A DNA stretch of 64,000 nt, taken from NCBI GenBank assembly GCA_001805105.1, contig MHEE01000013.1, forward strand, positions 23,826-87,825, written 5' to 3'. Shown piece after piece: positions 1 to 9,190 of this stretch (positions are counted from its first letter, which is position 1; each line of letters begins with the position of its first letter). The DNA comes from Nitrospirae bacterium GWF2_44_13. Lineage in GTDB: Bacteria > Nitrospirota > Thermodesulfovibrionia > Thermodesulfovibrionales > UBA1546. The translations under genes were made by a program, and so were the position numbers. Below the pieces are notes generated by a model that had not been told where the DNA came from, did no database searches, and saw only the letters and a program-made list of their open reading frames with translations.

Positions 1-587
1 ATGCATCTTTCCTTAAAATGGAAATACTGTTCCGCCGCATCAACCTCTTCTTTGACAAGTTTGGGCACGATAGGAAGGGCGATAAGCTGGCTGTGCGTAT
101 GTTCAAGCGAAGCGCCGGCATCCTCGCCTTCATTCTTGAATATCAGGACATACCTGAATCTCCGGTCTTTCTTCAGGTCGTTAAGTCTCATATAATATGC
201 CCACAACGCATCTTCAACCGCCTTTAAGGGCATGGTTGAGAGTGAAAGATTATGCTCCGGCGTCTCTATCACAACCTCATGAGCGCCTATACCGTTAATC
301 TTGTCAAATATCCCCTCCCCTGTCTTGTTCAATTCTCCATGTATCTGAAGCGCAGGGAACTTATTCGGTACAACTCTCAATGTCCAGCCCGGAGAATCAG
401 GCATAGTGCCCGGAGGCCTGAATGCCATTATCTCAGGCGGAGCCGTATGCTCATTGCCATGACAAAACGGACAGAACCCGCCTTTCTTTCTCTGTGAAGG
501 CGATATAAAGTCCGTCGGCCTTTTGCCCCTTTCGACAGAGATTATAACCCACCGCCCGGCAACCGGATCTTTTCTAAGTTCAGACAT
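1..587 (-). CDS. galT: galactose-1-phosphate uridylyltransferase family protein (HIT superfamily); 3' end cut by window edge
   Basis: Not in the ORF track because no stop lies in the window. Manual minus-strand translation from ATG at 587 (GGAGGA just upstream) gives MSELRKDPVAGRWVIISVERGKRP..GGFCPFCHGNE..RVVPNKFPAL..GAHEVVIETPEHN..ASLEHTHSQLIALP. The CxxC Zn site and HxHxQ active-site motif are typical of GalT. Confidence 0.7.
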   Translation of the reverse strand, partial: MSELRKDPVAGRWVIISVERGKRPTDFISPSQRKKGGFCPFCHGNEHTAPPEIMAFRPPGTMPDSPGWTLRVVPNKFPALQIHGELNKTGEGIFDKINGIGAHEVVIETPEHNLSLSTMPLKAVEDALWAYYMRLNDLKKDRRFRYVLIFKNEGEDAGASLEHTHSQLIALPIVPKLVKEEVDAAEQYFHFKERC

Positions 588-672
588 TGGTCCTCCAATT
601 AACAAATTCAAAATTAAGGGATTCATTAACTTTTAATTTTTATTATTATATCACAATAGGATATAATCCCCT

Positions 673-1644
673 ATGAAACCGACTTTTCATCACAGGCCCA
701 TAAACAGCCCCTTTGACGACCCTTGCGTATATGTCAGGGTGCTCAGGGAGAAACGGGCACTTCTATTTGACCTTGGCTATACAAACAGATTAAGACCAAA
801 CGACATCCAGAAAATAACAGACGTCTTTGTAACACATACTCATATAGACCATTTCATAGGTTTTGACAGTCTTTTAAGAGCGCTCCTGAGAAGAGAGGCT
901 CCACTAAGGATATTCGGGCCATCCAGCATCATAGAGTGCATTGAAGGAAAGCTTCATGGATACACGTGGAACCTTATAAAAGAGTACCCGCTAAAAATAG
1001 AGGCCTTCGGCATAAATGAAGACCATATCAGCCATGCAGGTTTTTATGCGGAGAATTGTTTTAACAAAACAGATTACGGCGAAAAACCATTTGACGGGAC
1101 ATTATTAAAAGAAGGATATTTTGAGGTTAAAGCAGCGTGCCTCACGCATCAGATGCCATGCCTCGGCTTTTCTCTTGAAGAGGATTTTCATATAAACATT
1201 GATAAGGCAGCGCTGAACAGGCTGGCGCTTCCTGTAGGGCCATGGCTTTCAGAATTTAAAAGGGCTGTCAGAGAGAATGCAGGGGGGGACACAGAATTTA
1301 AAATATCAGGCAGAATATATGCCAAAAAAGAACTCATGGAAATCGCGATAATAACAGAGGGGCAAAAGATATCCTACGTTGCTGATTCCTCAATGGATGA
1401 GGAGAATATAAGAAAAATAATAACCCTCGTTAAAGATTCCGATACTCTTTATTGCGAGGCTTACTTTCTTGAGGAAGACATGGAAAGGGCTATAGAGAGG
1501 CATCACCTCACTGCAAAAACCGCAGGAAGGATAGCGAGAGAGGCAGGCGTTAAAAACCTTGTTGTCATGCACTTTTCTCCGAAATACAGGGAATGCCCTG
1601 ACGCGCCTGAAAAAGAAGCGCTGATGGAATATAATAAAGAATAA
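673..1644 (+). CDS. MBL-fold metallo-hydrolase, RNase Z/ElaC-like
   Basis: ORF track, 323 aa. HTHIDH (HxHxDH) metallo-beta-lactamase motif, and a C-terminal VVMHFSPKY block as in RNase Z-like proteins. Confidence 0.7.
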   Translation: MKPTFHHRPINSPFDDPCVYVRVLREKRALLFDLGYTNRLRPNDIQKITDVFVTHTHIDHFIGFDSLLRALLRREAPLRIFGPSSIIECIEGKLHGYTWNLIKEYPLKIEAFGINEDHISHAGFYAENCFNKTDYGEKPFDGTLLKEGYFEVKAACLTHQMPCLGFSLEEDFHINIDKAALNRLALPVGPWLSEFKRAVRENAGGDTEFKISGRIYAKKELMEIAIITEGQKISYVADSSMDEENIRKIITLVKDSDTLYCEAYFLEEDMERAIERHHLTAKTAGRIAREAGVKNLVVMHFSPKYRECPDAPEKEALMEYNKE

Positions 1645-1715
1645 GTTAAAAGTTTAAAATTTAAAATTTCAGATAGTCTTTAACTCTTAACTCCTAACTT
1701 TTAACTCTAAACTTG
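1645..1715. repeat. inverted heptanucleotide arrays (AAAGTTN units, then their complement TTAACTC/CTAACTT units)
   Basis: Read directly: GTTAAAA GTTTAAA ATTTAAA ATTTC..., then TTTAACT CTTAACT CCTAACT TTTAACT CTAAACT. GTTAAAAGTT (1645-1654) is complementary to AACTTTTAAC (1696-1705). Confidence 0.8.
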
Positions 1716-1723
1716 TCGTTATT

Positions 1724-1795
1724 GCCGGGGTAGCTCAGTGGTAGAGCAGCTGATTCGTAATCAGCAGGCCGAGGGTTCAACCCCCTTCCCCGGCT
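1724..1795 (+). tRNA. tRNA-Thr (anticodon CGT)
   Basis: Manual cloverleaf: acceptor GCCGGGG/CCCCGGC, D-arm GCTC-AGTGGTA-GAGC, anticodon arm GCTGA-TTCGTAA-TCAGC, 5-nt variable loop, T-arm GAGGG-TTCAACC-CCCTT. 72 nt, CCA not encoded. Confidence 0.85.
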
Positions 1796-1905
1796 CTTAA
1801 TTTTCCCGACAAGTTAAACCGTTTCAGAAAAAAGATGGACATTGATTTGGATTTATACGGCCTCTAAAAAACCATTGCTGAGGGTGCTGAAGGAATGAAG
1901 GAGTG

Positions 1906-1937
1906 AAAGCAGTCCAGACAAGTCGGGACTGCTTTTT
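1906..1937 (+). terminator. rho-independent terminator between convergent tRNA-Thr and csp (probably bidirectional)
   Basis: Stem AAAGCAGTCC/GGACTGCTTT with a ~10-nt loop, followed by TTTTT on the + strand. An A-run on the other side gives a weaker minus-strand version. Confidence 0.6.
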
Positions 1938-1940
1938 GGC

Positions 1941-2141
1941 TTAGAGTTTTACAACGTTTGCTGCCTTTGGCCCCTTGGGGCTGTCAACAACATCAAAGCT
2001 CACTGCCTGCCCTTCAGATAGAGACTTAAAGCCATCTCCCTGAAGCTCAGAATAGTGAACAAAAACATCTCCGCCGTCTTCACTGGTTATGAATCCAAAA
2101 CCCTTGGATTCATTAAACCACTTAACGGTTCCTTTTGCCAC
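1941..2141 (-). CDS. csp: cold-shock protein, CspA family
   Basis: ORF track, 66 aa: [25 protein letters not shown] (RNP1/RNP2 motifs). GTG start preceded by AAGGAGG. Confidence 0.95.
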   Translation of the reverse strand: MAKGTVKWFNESKGFGFITSEDGGDVFVHYSELQGDGFKSLSEGQAVSFDVVDSPKGPKAANVVKL

Positions 2142-2296
2142 TGTGCTGTACCTCCTTATTAAAAAACTTCCAAAACTTCATTTGCTATTCTGGCACAGAA
2201 TTCCTGAAATATCAACCCCGTTAGAAACTATTGTGGGGGCTTGCCCCGTGTGAAGCGCTGCTTCTATCGGGGCTTGCTTTTTAACGGGGTCAATCC

Positions 2297-2863
2297 TTAT
2301 TTCTTGCCTTTTGGTTTTTCCTTCGGTTTTACTTTTGGCGTACCTTTAGGCTTCCCTTTTGATTCATTAAGCCTCGTTATAACTGCACTCGTAAGGTCAA
2401 GTTCTTTCTTGGCAGAGAGAACTACCTCGCTTCTTAATATAACCGCATATCCCTCCTCGTACCCGATAGCATCCACAATGTCACTCACGTCTTTAAGAAT
2501 TGCATTTGTAAGCTCATTTTCTTTTTTCTGCAATTCTGTTCTCGCCTCAGCTACAAGCCTTTGGATATCTCTCTGAAGCTTCTCAAACTCCTCCTCTTTA
2601 GCCTTCTTGGCCTCGGCAGAAAGAACGGAAGACTGCTTTGCAATCTCTCCTTCCATTTTTTTAAGAGCATTGACCTTCTCTTCTATCACTGCCTTTTTTG
2701 ATTTTTCAATTGCCTCAATGTCAGCCCTTGCCTTTTTGCCTGCGTCTGATTCTGAAAATATACGCGGTAAATCAACGAACCCTATCTTGAGCGCTTCAGC
2801 CGCTCCCGCAGGTGAGACATAAAGCAGGACTGAACACAATGTTAATAGCAATATCTTCCTCAT
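2297..2863 (-). CDS. skp: periplasmic chaperone Skp/OmpH
   Basis: ORF track. Signal peptide MRKILLLTLCSVLLYVSPAGA, coiled-coil Lys/Glu-rich body, position directly downstream of bamA. Start moved to the internal ATG that has AAAGGAGG upstream. Confidence 0.8.
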   Translation of the reverse strand: MRKILLLTLCSVLLYVSPAGAAEALKIGFVDLPRIFSESDAGKKARADIEAIEKSKKAVIEEKVNALKKMEGEIAKQSSVLSAEAKKAKEEEFEKLQRDIQRLVAEARTELQKKENELTNAILKDVSDIVDAIGYEEGYAVILRSEVVLSAKKELDLTSAVITRLNESKGKPKGTPKVKPKEKPKGKK

Positions 2864-2927
2864 TTTTCCTCCTTTTTCAAGCTGCACTCCAACTCTCAGC
2901 TTTCTGACTTCTGATAACTGTGCCTAT

Positions 2928-5189
2928 TTAAAAAGCCGTGCCAAATGTAAATTCCCATTTGCTTTTGCTTTCCCCTGTTTTTGGATTTAAATTATGTCCC
3001 CATTCCAGTCTAATCGGACCTATAGGAGAGAACCATCTGAAGCCTATTCCTGCCCCGTATTTAAAATCCCCGAAGTCTTTAAAAGAATCAAAGGCCCTGC
3101 CTGCGTCAAAAAAAGTAACGCCTTTGAGTTTTAATTCGCTGACAAGAGGGAAGATGTATTCTGTATTAAATATAAGCTGTTTTGTCCCGCCTATTACTTC
3201 ACCATTTGCATCGCGCGGCCCGCCCTCTCCGAAACCAATGCCTCTCACAGTGTAAATGCCTCCGACATAAAATCTTTCATAAAGAGGAAGCGGTTTGTTG
3301 AATATCCCTGTTGCCTGTCCGTATCGGCCCCTGAAAGCCAGCGTTGTCTCTTCTGTGGCAGGGAAAAACCATGAAGAGTCAACACCGCCTTTTATGAAAA
3401 AATTGTCTCCGCCAAGCCCCGCATAGGTCACATACAGCAGGTTTTTTGAGCCTGTGTGAGGGTCAAGAAAACTATTCCTTGAATCCCTAACAATTGCAGG
3501 CGTAATACTGCTTGTTATTTTTTTGCCTTCCTGATCTTTTATACTCCCTGATGCATTTGGAGATATATTGTGTATTGTTACATTTTCAAGGTTGTATGTC
3601 ACATCTGTTTTCCAGTATTCGGACAGGCTTTTGCCCAGCAGCACATCAAACCCTGACGCTTTTCTGTCAAATGCCGAATATTTCCTTGTCGTTTTATAGA
3701 TATCGGTTCCGAACAAGAGTTCTTTATCAAGAAACCATGGGTCCCTGTATCCAAGGCTATACGCTGTGCTTCTGCCGCCGAATTCACCCTTTAATTTTAT
3801 GAGCCGCCCTGTGCCAAACAGATTTGCCTGCGTGACATCAGCAGTAGCAATGAACTTGTCAACAGAGCTGTAACCGCCTCCAACGCTGAGCATTCCTGTC
3901 GGCTTTTCTTTCACCTTTACATCAATGTCCAAAAGTTTTTCCTCAGGTTTAGGTTTTGGCTGCAGATCAACAGCTTCAAAAAAATTAAGGTTATTAAGCC
4001 TTTCATAGCTCCTTTTCAGGAGTTTGCTGTTAAACGTGTCTCCCTCATCAAGCCTGATTTCCCTTCTTATGACCTTATCCATGGTCTTGATATTGCCTGA
4101 TATGTCTATCCTGCCTATCTTGTAAATACCGCCCTCATCTATCTTGAAGGTTATCTTAACCTGCCTTGCAGCAGCATCAGGCTCAATGTCAGGGCCAACA
4201 TTAACGAGGGCATACCCTTTCTCCGCATACGTCTCTCCGAGCGCAGCCACGTCACTTCTCAGCATCGCCCTGCTGAATACATTCTTCGGAGCGGATTTTA
4301 TTTTTTTCCTCAATTCAGCTTCTGTGAATGCCTTATTCCCCGTAATATTCACGGAAGATATACTGAATTGCTCTCCTTCAGATATCATAATTGAGATTAT
4401 CATCCCTTTTTTATCCTCTGTAAGCTGGATCTTCGGGTCAGATACGGCAACCTTTATATATCCTTTATTAAAGTAGAGATTTTTTATCCTCTCAATATCA
4501 AAGTTCATCTCGTCTTTTTTATAGTAACCTGATGATGTGAAGAACGAGAACAGCCACCATTCGCTTGTTTGGATTGCCTTTTTTATTTCCTTTTTTGAGA
4601 TAACCTTGTTGCCTTCAATCACTATGGACTTTATCTTTACCTTAGGCCCTTCCTCTATTTGATATGTAAGCGTAACCTCATCATCATTCACCTTGTTCAC
4701 AACAGGGACGATTTTTGACAGGTAGTAGCCTTCCTCTTCGTAAAAGGCGCGCAGCTTCTCGGCATTATCCTGTATCAGGACAGTATCTGCTATGGAGTTT
4801 GCCGTGATTGTTATCTTCTCTTTCAGGTCTGAATCTTCCTGTTTTTTATTGCCCTGAAAGTCTATACTTATAATGGTTGGTTTCTCTTTTATCAGGTATA
4901 TAACCCTCACACCGCCTTCAAGCGGCTCTATTTCAACCTGGACGTCGTCAAAATAGCCCATCTTGTAAATGTCTTTTATGTCATTTGTAGTCTTCTCTGA
5001 TGAAAGCGGTTCTCCTGTTTTCTGTGTTATCTTGGATTTCACAGCAGCTTCCTCTATCCTCTTAAGCCCCCTAACCTCCATAGAATTCACCAGAGGCAGA
5101 GAAATTTCCTGCGCTGATACGCTCTCTGTCCCGCCTATAAACACTGCAAGTATTATAAACCAGAAAAAAAGTAAAGACGATTTTCTCAT
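2928..5189 (-). CDS. bamA: outer membrane protein assembly factor BamA
   Basis: ORF track, 776 aa. Repeated POTRA-like segments, a C-terminal beta-barrel ending in F, signal peptide after the internal start MRKSSLLFFW, skp downstream. Confidence 0.9.
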   Translation of the reverse strand: MRKSSLLFFWFIILAVFIGGTESVSAQEISLPLVNSMEVRGLKRIEEAAVKSKITQKTGEPLSSEKTTNDIKDIYKMGYFDDVQVEIEPLEGGVRVIYLIKEKPTIISIDFQGNKKQEDSDLKEKITITANSIADTVLIQDNAEKLRAFYEEEGYYLSKIVPVVNKVNDDEVTLTYQIEEGPKVKIKSIVIEGNKVISKKEIKKAIQTSEWWLFSFFTSSGYYKKDEMNFDIERIKNLYFNKGYIKVAVSDPKIQLTEDKKGMIISIMISEGEQFSISSVNITGNKAFTEAELRKKIKSAPKNVFSRAMLRSDVAALGETYAEKGYALVNVGPDIEPDAAARQVKITFKIDEGGIYKIGRIDISGNIKTMDKVIRREIRLDEGDTFNSKLLKRSYERLNNLNFFEAVDLQPKPKPEEKLLDIDVKVKEKPTGMLSVGGGYSSVDKFIATADVTQANLFGTGRLIKLKGEFGGRSTAYSLGYRDPWFLDKELLFGTDIYKTTRKYSAFDRKASGFDVLLGKSLSEYWKTDVTYNLENVTIHNISPNASGSIKDQEGKKITSSITPAIVRDSRNSFLDPHTGSKNLLYVTYAGLGGDNFFIKGGVDSSWFFPATEETTLAFRGRYGQATGIFNKPLPLYERFYVGGIYTVRGIGFGEGGPRDANGEVIGGTKQLIFNTEYIFPLVSELKLKGVTFFDAGRAFDSFKDFGDFKYGAGIGFRWFSPIGPIRLEWGHNLNPKTGESKSKWEFTFGTAF

Positions 5190-5394
5190 CTCCCTCCTTA
5201 AAACAATATAGGTGTTCTCATAATTTAACGCTTGATTCACGGCATCCTTTAAAAACATAATACATCGTATATTTTACGGATATATTAAGCTCATATTTAA
5301 GGCTCCAGCGTGTTAGTATAGCTTTCCAAAAGGGCGCGTGTAAATAAAAAAATTAAACAATATCCATACGGTTCAGGTTAAAATTAAAACTGCA

Positions 5395-6324
5395 ATGATC
5401 TCGCATAGAGTAAAAGTTCAGAGAAAGGACTCTGGCAAACGTATAGATATCTTAGCCGTTGCTGAAACAGGGATTACCCGTTCACAGATACAGAGACTCA
5501 TAAAAAAGGGATCCCTGCTTGTTGACAGCAGGACTGTAAGCCAGAACTACAGGGTAAAAGCAGGTGACATTATCGTATTAACTGCCGAAGATGAAAAACG
5601 TGAACATCTCATTGCAGAAGCAATCCCTATTGAAATACTCTATATGGACAAACACCTTGTTGTGGTAAACAAACCATCAGGGATGGTGGTTTATCCGGCT
5701 GCCGGACATAGCAGCGGCACATTGATGAATGTCCTCTTCTACCACTGCAAGAAACTTGAAGCGCCGGGCGGCCCGCTAAGGCCCGGCATTGTGCATAGGC
5801 TTGACAAAGACACATCAGGAGTGATGGTAGTTGCTCTTGACAACGCCGCATACTACAACCTTGCAGAGCAATTCAAACAGCGGACCATAAACAGAAGATA
5901 TGTTGCGCTTATCTACGGAAACCCAAAAGAAAACAGCGGGCAGATCAGCCTTGCCATCGGACGCTCTGAGACTGACAGGAAAAAGATGTCAACAAGGGTA
6001 AGGAGGGGCAAAGAGGCCCTGACAATATGGAAGGTAATTGAAAGATTCCGGCAGGCAGCATTTATTGAAGCAAAACTGCGGACAGGAAGGACACACCAGA
6101 TACGCGTCCACTTTGCATCCGTCGGACATCCTGTGCTTGGAGACCGCACTTACGGCAAGAAGATTGAGATAGAGACAAAAGAAAGAGGGAGACTGACATT
6201 CCCGCGGCAGATGCTTCACGCTGAATCGCTCGGATTTATTCATCCGCTCACAGGCGAATGCCTTGAATTCCACAGCTCCATGCCTGAGGATATGGAGGAA
6301 AGAATAAAACAGTTGCGAGGCTAA
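5395..6324 (+). CDS. rluD: 23S rRNA pseudouridine synthase, RluA/RluD family
   Basis: ORF track, 309 aa. N-terminal S4 domain, HRLDKDTSG catalytic motif, GRTHQIRVH block. Confidence 0.9.
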   Translation: MISHRVKVQRKDSGKRIDILAVAETGITRSQIQRLIKKGSLLVDSRTVSQNYRVKAGDIIVLTAEDEKREHLIAEAIPIEILYMDKHLVVVNKPSGMVVYPAAGHSSGTLMNVLFYHCKKLEAPGGPLRPGIVHRLDKDTSGVMVVALDNAAYYNLAEQFKQRTINRRYVALIYGNPKENSGQISLAIGRSETDRKKMSTRVRRGKEALTIWKVIERFRQAAFIEAKLRTGRTHQIRVHFASVGHPVLGDRTYGKKIEIETKERGRLTFPRQMLHAESLGFIHPLTGECLEFHSSMPEDMEERIKQLRG

Positions 6325-6677
6325 AATTCCTTTTCTATTTTAGGGATTGTGGTCTTCAGAACAAATCTGCCCTTTCCGTAATTCCCCTCCGGCTTTATGA
6401 TGAGCGCAAAATAATAATCCTTATTTATCTTCCTCATTATAATTCCGCACTTATCGGAGATTATTGAAAATTCCCTTGCCTCGCCAAGACCGAGTGTCTC
6501 GGCGGCATTGCCTATGTCCTTAATCATTGCGGATGCCTCTGCGCTCAGGTCTTCCAGATTAATAAGCTTCTCGCTGGCATATTCCTCGACAGGCATGCCG
6601 TCCGAGCTTATTATCATAGCAGAAACTGCGCCGTCAACTTTCCCGACTGTTTCCTTAAGAACTTCTGAAAAGCTCAT
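6321..6677 (-). CDS. Roadblock/LC7 (MglB-like) domain protein
   Basis: ORF track. The pattern VDGAVSAMIISSDGMPV...SAEASAMI is typical of the Roadblock/LC7 fold. Start moved to the internal MSFSEV, which overlaps the end of the upstream TPR gene. Confidence 0.6.
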   Translation of the reverse strand: MSFSEVLKETVGKVDGAVSAMIISSDGMPVEEYASEKLINLEDLSAEASAMIKDIGNAAETLGLGEAREFSIISDKCGIIMRKINKDYYFALIIKPEGNYGKGRFVLKTTIPKIEKEF

Positions 6678-7752
6678 TTTTTTTCTCCCTAATCCTTTTA
6701 CCAAAGGTTTCCAGTCTATCAATCACCGCTTCCTTGTCTTTCCCAAGCATCTTGAGCAGCATCCTTAATTCTTCAACTTTCTGCATAACATATTTGTCCT
6801 GCGGATTAGCAGACAACATCTCCCTGTAAATACTCATTGCCTTCATGTAACCACCTATGGATATAAATTGTTCCGCATCATTCAGGCTATATGCGCCTTT
6901 ATCCTCCTTTTCAGGCAGCCTCTCTACAACTGGCGCTTTTTCTTCCCTTAACGCCTCAAAAGAAGAAAGGGGCTGTGCCGTATCCTGCTCCCCGAATGTC
7001 GCGGCATAGGACATTACTTCCTTTTCCGCCTCTTCCATTTCTTCATCTGAAATAACCTCTTCACCAAAAACATCTTCCGGCTGAGTACCCTCTTCAGCCT
7101 TCGTAGCCGAAGCTGCTTCGCCCTGCCCTGCCATAGACCTCTTAAATTCCTCAAACTCATCTCCATGCGGAGGCTGTAAAGGCTCTTCCGCAGGGAGAAC
7201 TCCAACTTCTTCTGCCCTGATTGTTTCTTCACCCGCCGTTTGTGTGGAGGGTTTACCCGTCGTCTGTGTGGAGGGCTCAACAGCTTCATTGCCCTGCACT
7301 GTAAATTCTTCAGGAGCGGATTCCTGCGCTGTTATGCTCTCCTCCTGCATAGGGACTCTCTGAAGAGTCTCAAGATTTGAGACCGCGTCATCATCAAAAG
7401 GGTTCAGTTTAAGCACTACCCTATATTCTCCTATCGCCCTTTCTTTCTCTCCTGAATCCCTGTATATCTCGGCCAATTTCTTATGCGCAAATAAATTATC
7501 AGGTATCGCAGATATCACCTTTTCGAATTCTTCCTTTGCCGCAGGCGCCATCTTTTTCTCAAGATATATCTTGCCTAGCGACACCCTTGCGCTTGTATAT
7601 CCCGGCTGGCTGGTAATTCCGGTCATCAGGACAGATATGGCCTCATCAAGCATCCCTGTTTTTCTGTATTCTTCAGCAAGAGGGACAAAAAGCTTTGAGT
7701 TGGGGTCCTTCTTCACTTTCTCTTTTAATTTGTCAATATCATCAAGCGCCAT
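6655..7752 (-). CDS. TPR-repeat protein with acidic low-complexity linker
   Basis: ORF track, 365 aa. N-terminal and C-terminal TPR-like helices (..AISVLMTGITSQPGYTSARVSLGKIYL.., ..AMSIYREMLSANPQD..) flank an E/P/T-rich linker. Confidence 0.6.
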   Translation of the reverse strand: MALDDIDKLKEKVKKDPNSKLFVPLAEEYRKTGMLDEAISVLMTGITSQPGYTSARVSLGKIYLEKKMAPAAKEEFEKVISAIPDNLFAHKKLAEIYRDSGEKERAIGEYRVVLKLNPFDDDAVSNLETLQRVPMQEESITAQESAPEEFTVQGNEAVEPSTQTTGKPSTQTAGEETIRAEEVGVLPAEEPLQPPHGDEFEEFKRSMAGQGEAASATKAEEGTQPEDVFGEEVISDEEMEEAEKEVMSYAATFGEQDTAQPLSSFEALREEKAPVVERLPEKEDKGAYSLNDAEQFISIGGYMKAMSIYREMLSANPQDKYVMQKVEELRMLLKMLGKDKEAVIDRLETFGKRIREKKNELFRSS

Positions 7753-7805
7753 ATTATATTCAAAAAAGCTTAACAGAACATCTGAAAAAGTTCAAGCTTA
7801 TGCTG

Positions 7806-8819
7806 TTAACTCCATACGCCCTCTATCGCCACGCCGCAGTTTAAACACTTCCCGTCTTTTATCCTGCTTTCTTGAATGCTGAAGCCGAATCTCAGGATAA
7901 GCAGTTCCCTGCAATTCGGGCAATAGGTATTCTCGCCGCCTTCGCCCGGCACATTCCCTTCATAAACATATTTAAGACCGGTATCAAAACCCATCTGACG
8001 CGCCCATCTCAGCGTCTTAATAGGAGTGCGCGGCGCATCTGTTAATTTATAAGTAGGATAGAACTGCGTCACATGCCACGGCATGGCAGGGTCAACAGAT
8101 TTTATAAATTCAGCAATGCTCTTCAAGTCTCCCTCGGCATCATTATAACCTGGGATTATCAATGTTGTAATCTCCACCCATACGCCAAGCTCTTTCATAA
8201 GCCTTATCGTATCCCTGACAGGCTTGGCTTTTGCCCCGCATACCTCCTTGTAAAACTTCTCGTTGCCTTTGAGGTCAATGTTGTTCCCGTCAAGATACGG
8301 CGCAATAGCCCTTACGCTCTCAGGCGTCATGAACCCGTTGCTGACAAATACATTCTTTATCCCCTTTCCTTTTGCAAGCATTGCACAGTCATATGCGAAT
8401 TCAAAGAATATCGTAGGCTCTGTATATGTATAAGCTATGCTCTTGCACCCGTATCTCTCTGCAATGTTCACAACCTCTTCAGGCGTCATATCCTCTCCGG
8501 GTATCGGGACATCAGGCCTTTCCCTCGGGAACTGGGATATCTCATAGTTCTGGCAGTGCTGGCACCTCAGGTTACATCCTGCTGTTGCTATGGAAAAAGA
8601 TGATGATGACGGCAGGAAGTGGAAAAGCGGTTTTTTCTCTATGGGGTCTACATGAGAGGCGACGACCTTACCGTATACAAGACTGAAGAGAACGCCGTCC
8701 ACGTTCTGCCTGACAGCGCATATTCCCCGTTTGCCGTTTGATATGTGACAGCGGTGAGCGCATAAGAAACACCCCACCTTTTTGTCTTCAAGCTTTTCGT
8801 ACAGCAGCGCCTCTTTCAT
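7806..8819 (-). CDS. amrS: AmmeMemoRadiSam-system radical SAM enzyme
   Basis: ORF track, 337 aa. CNLRCQHCQN (CxxxCxxC) radical-SAM cluster motif, an N-terminal Cys cluster CFLCAHRC, and a C-terminal CPNC..CLNC zinc ribbon, as in this family. Confidence 0.8.
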   Translation of the reverse strand: MKEALLYEKLEDKKVGCFLCAHRCHISNGKRGICAVRQNVDGVLFSLVYGKVVASHVDPIEKKPLFHFLPSSSSFSIATAGCNLRCQHCQNYEISQFPRERPDVPIPGEDMTPEEVVNIAERYGCKSIAYTYTEPTIFFEFAYDCAMLAKGKGIKNVFVSNGFMTPESVRAIAPYLDGNNIDLKGNEKFYKEVCGAKAKPVRDTIRLMKELGVWVEITTLIIPGYNDAEGDLKSIAEFIKSVDPAMPWHVTQFYPTYKLTDAPRTPIKTLRWARQMGFDTGLKYVYEGNVPGEGGENTYCPNCRELLILRFGFSIQESRIKDGKCLNCGVAIEGVWS

Positions 8820-8899
8820 GATTTAATTATAGCAGAGTATCAATTGACTTAAACGGCGCAGATGTGCAAAATAAATGAGTTTATACTTGGAGGTAAAAA

Positions 8900-9112
8900 A
8901 TGCCGATTTACGAATATAACTGCAGTAAATGCAAAAAGGCCTTTTCAGTCCTGCAAAAAACAGGGTCGTCAGAAAAAGATACTGTTTGCCCTGATTGCGG
9001 TTCCAATACCGTAAAGAAACTTCTGTCTGCATTTTCGTGCTCCGTTACCGGAGCCGGTACATTCAGCCCTTCATCTTCAGCCAGGGCCTGCGGCAGCGGT
9101 GGCGGCGGCTGA
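8900..9112 (+). CDS. FmdB-family zinc-ribbon putative regulatory protein
   Basis: ORF track, 70 aa. MPIYEYNCSKCKKAF...CPDCGS two CxxC pairs and a Gly-rich tail. Confidence 0.8.
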   Translation: MPIYEYNCSKCKKAFSVLQKTGSSEKDTVCPDCGSNTVKKLLSAFSCSVTGAGTFSPSSSARACGSGGGG

Positions 9113-9156
9113 GGGGTCTCTTCCTGCTGAGCCGTGAGCTCGGCAATTAAAAGAAC

Positions 9157-9184
9157 AGGAATTAGTTTTTAGGTATTAGGAATC
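9157..9184. repeat. heptanucleotide array AGGAATT AGTTTTT AGGTATT AGGAATC immediately upstream of dapF
   Basis: Read directly; four 7-nt units ending 6 nt before the dapF GTG start. Confidence 0.6.
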
Positions 9185-9190
9185 AGCAAA

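Noticed and set aside
2297-2345. The Lys/Pro-rich tail of Skp (KGKPKGTPKVKPKEKPKGKK) and the Lys/Glu tail of L17 (56171-56240) as further heptamer arrays.
   Set aside because: The underlying DNA shows 6/9-nt, codon-based periodicity rather than a 7-nt period. This is ordinary low-complexity basic tail sequence.
2241-2576. Antisense or shadow ORFs in the track. Examples: 2241..2576+, 4144..4476+, 12461..12772+, 18092..18328+, 35082..35489+, 35326..35769-, 41112..41543+, 49953..50540-, 54553..54954-, 55937..56252+.
   Set aside because: Each lies opposite, or out of frame with, a well-conserved gene. Each has a low-complexity S/L/P/F-rich composition, lacks an RBS and resembles no family I recognise. 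I treat them as non-coding.
9125-9146. CTGAGCCGTGAGCTCGGCA after the FmdB-like gene as a fourth copy of the CCGAGCTGCTCGG palindrome.
   Set aside because: It shares only GAGCTCGG. It is not the same 13-mer and is not a perfect palindrome, so it is probably unrelated.
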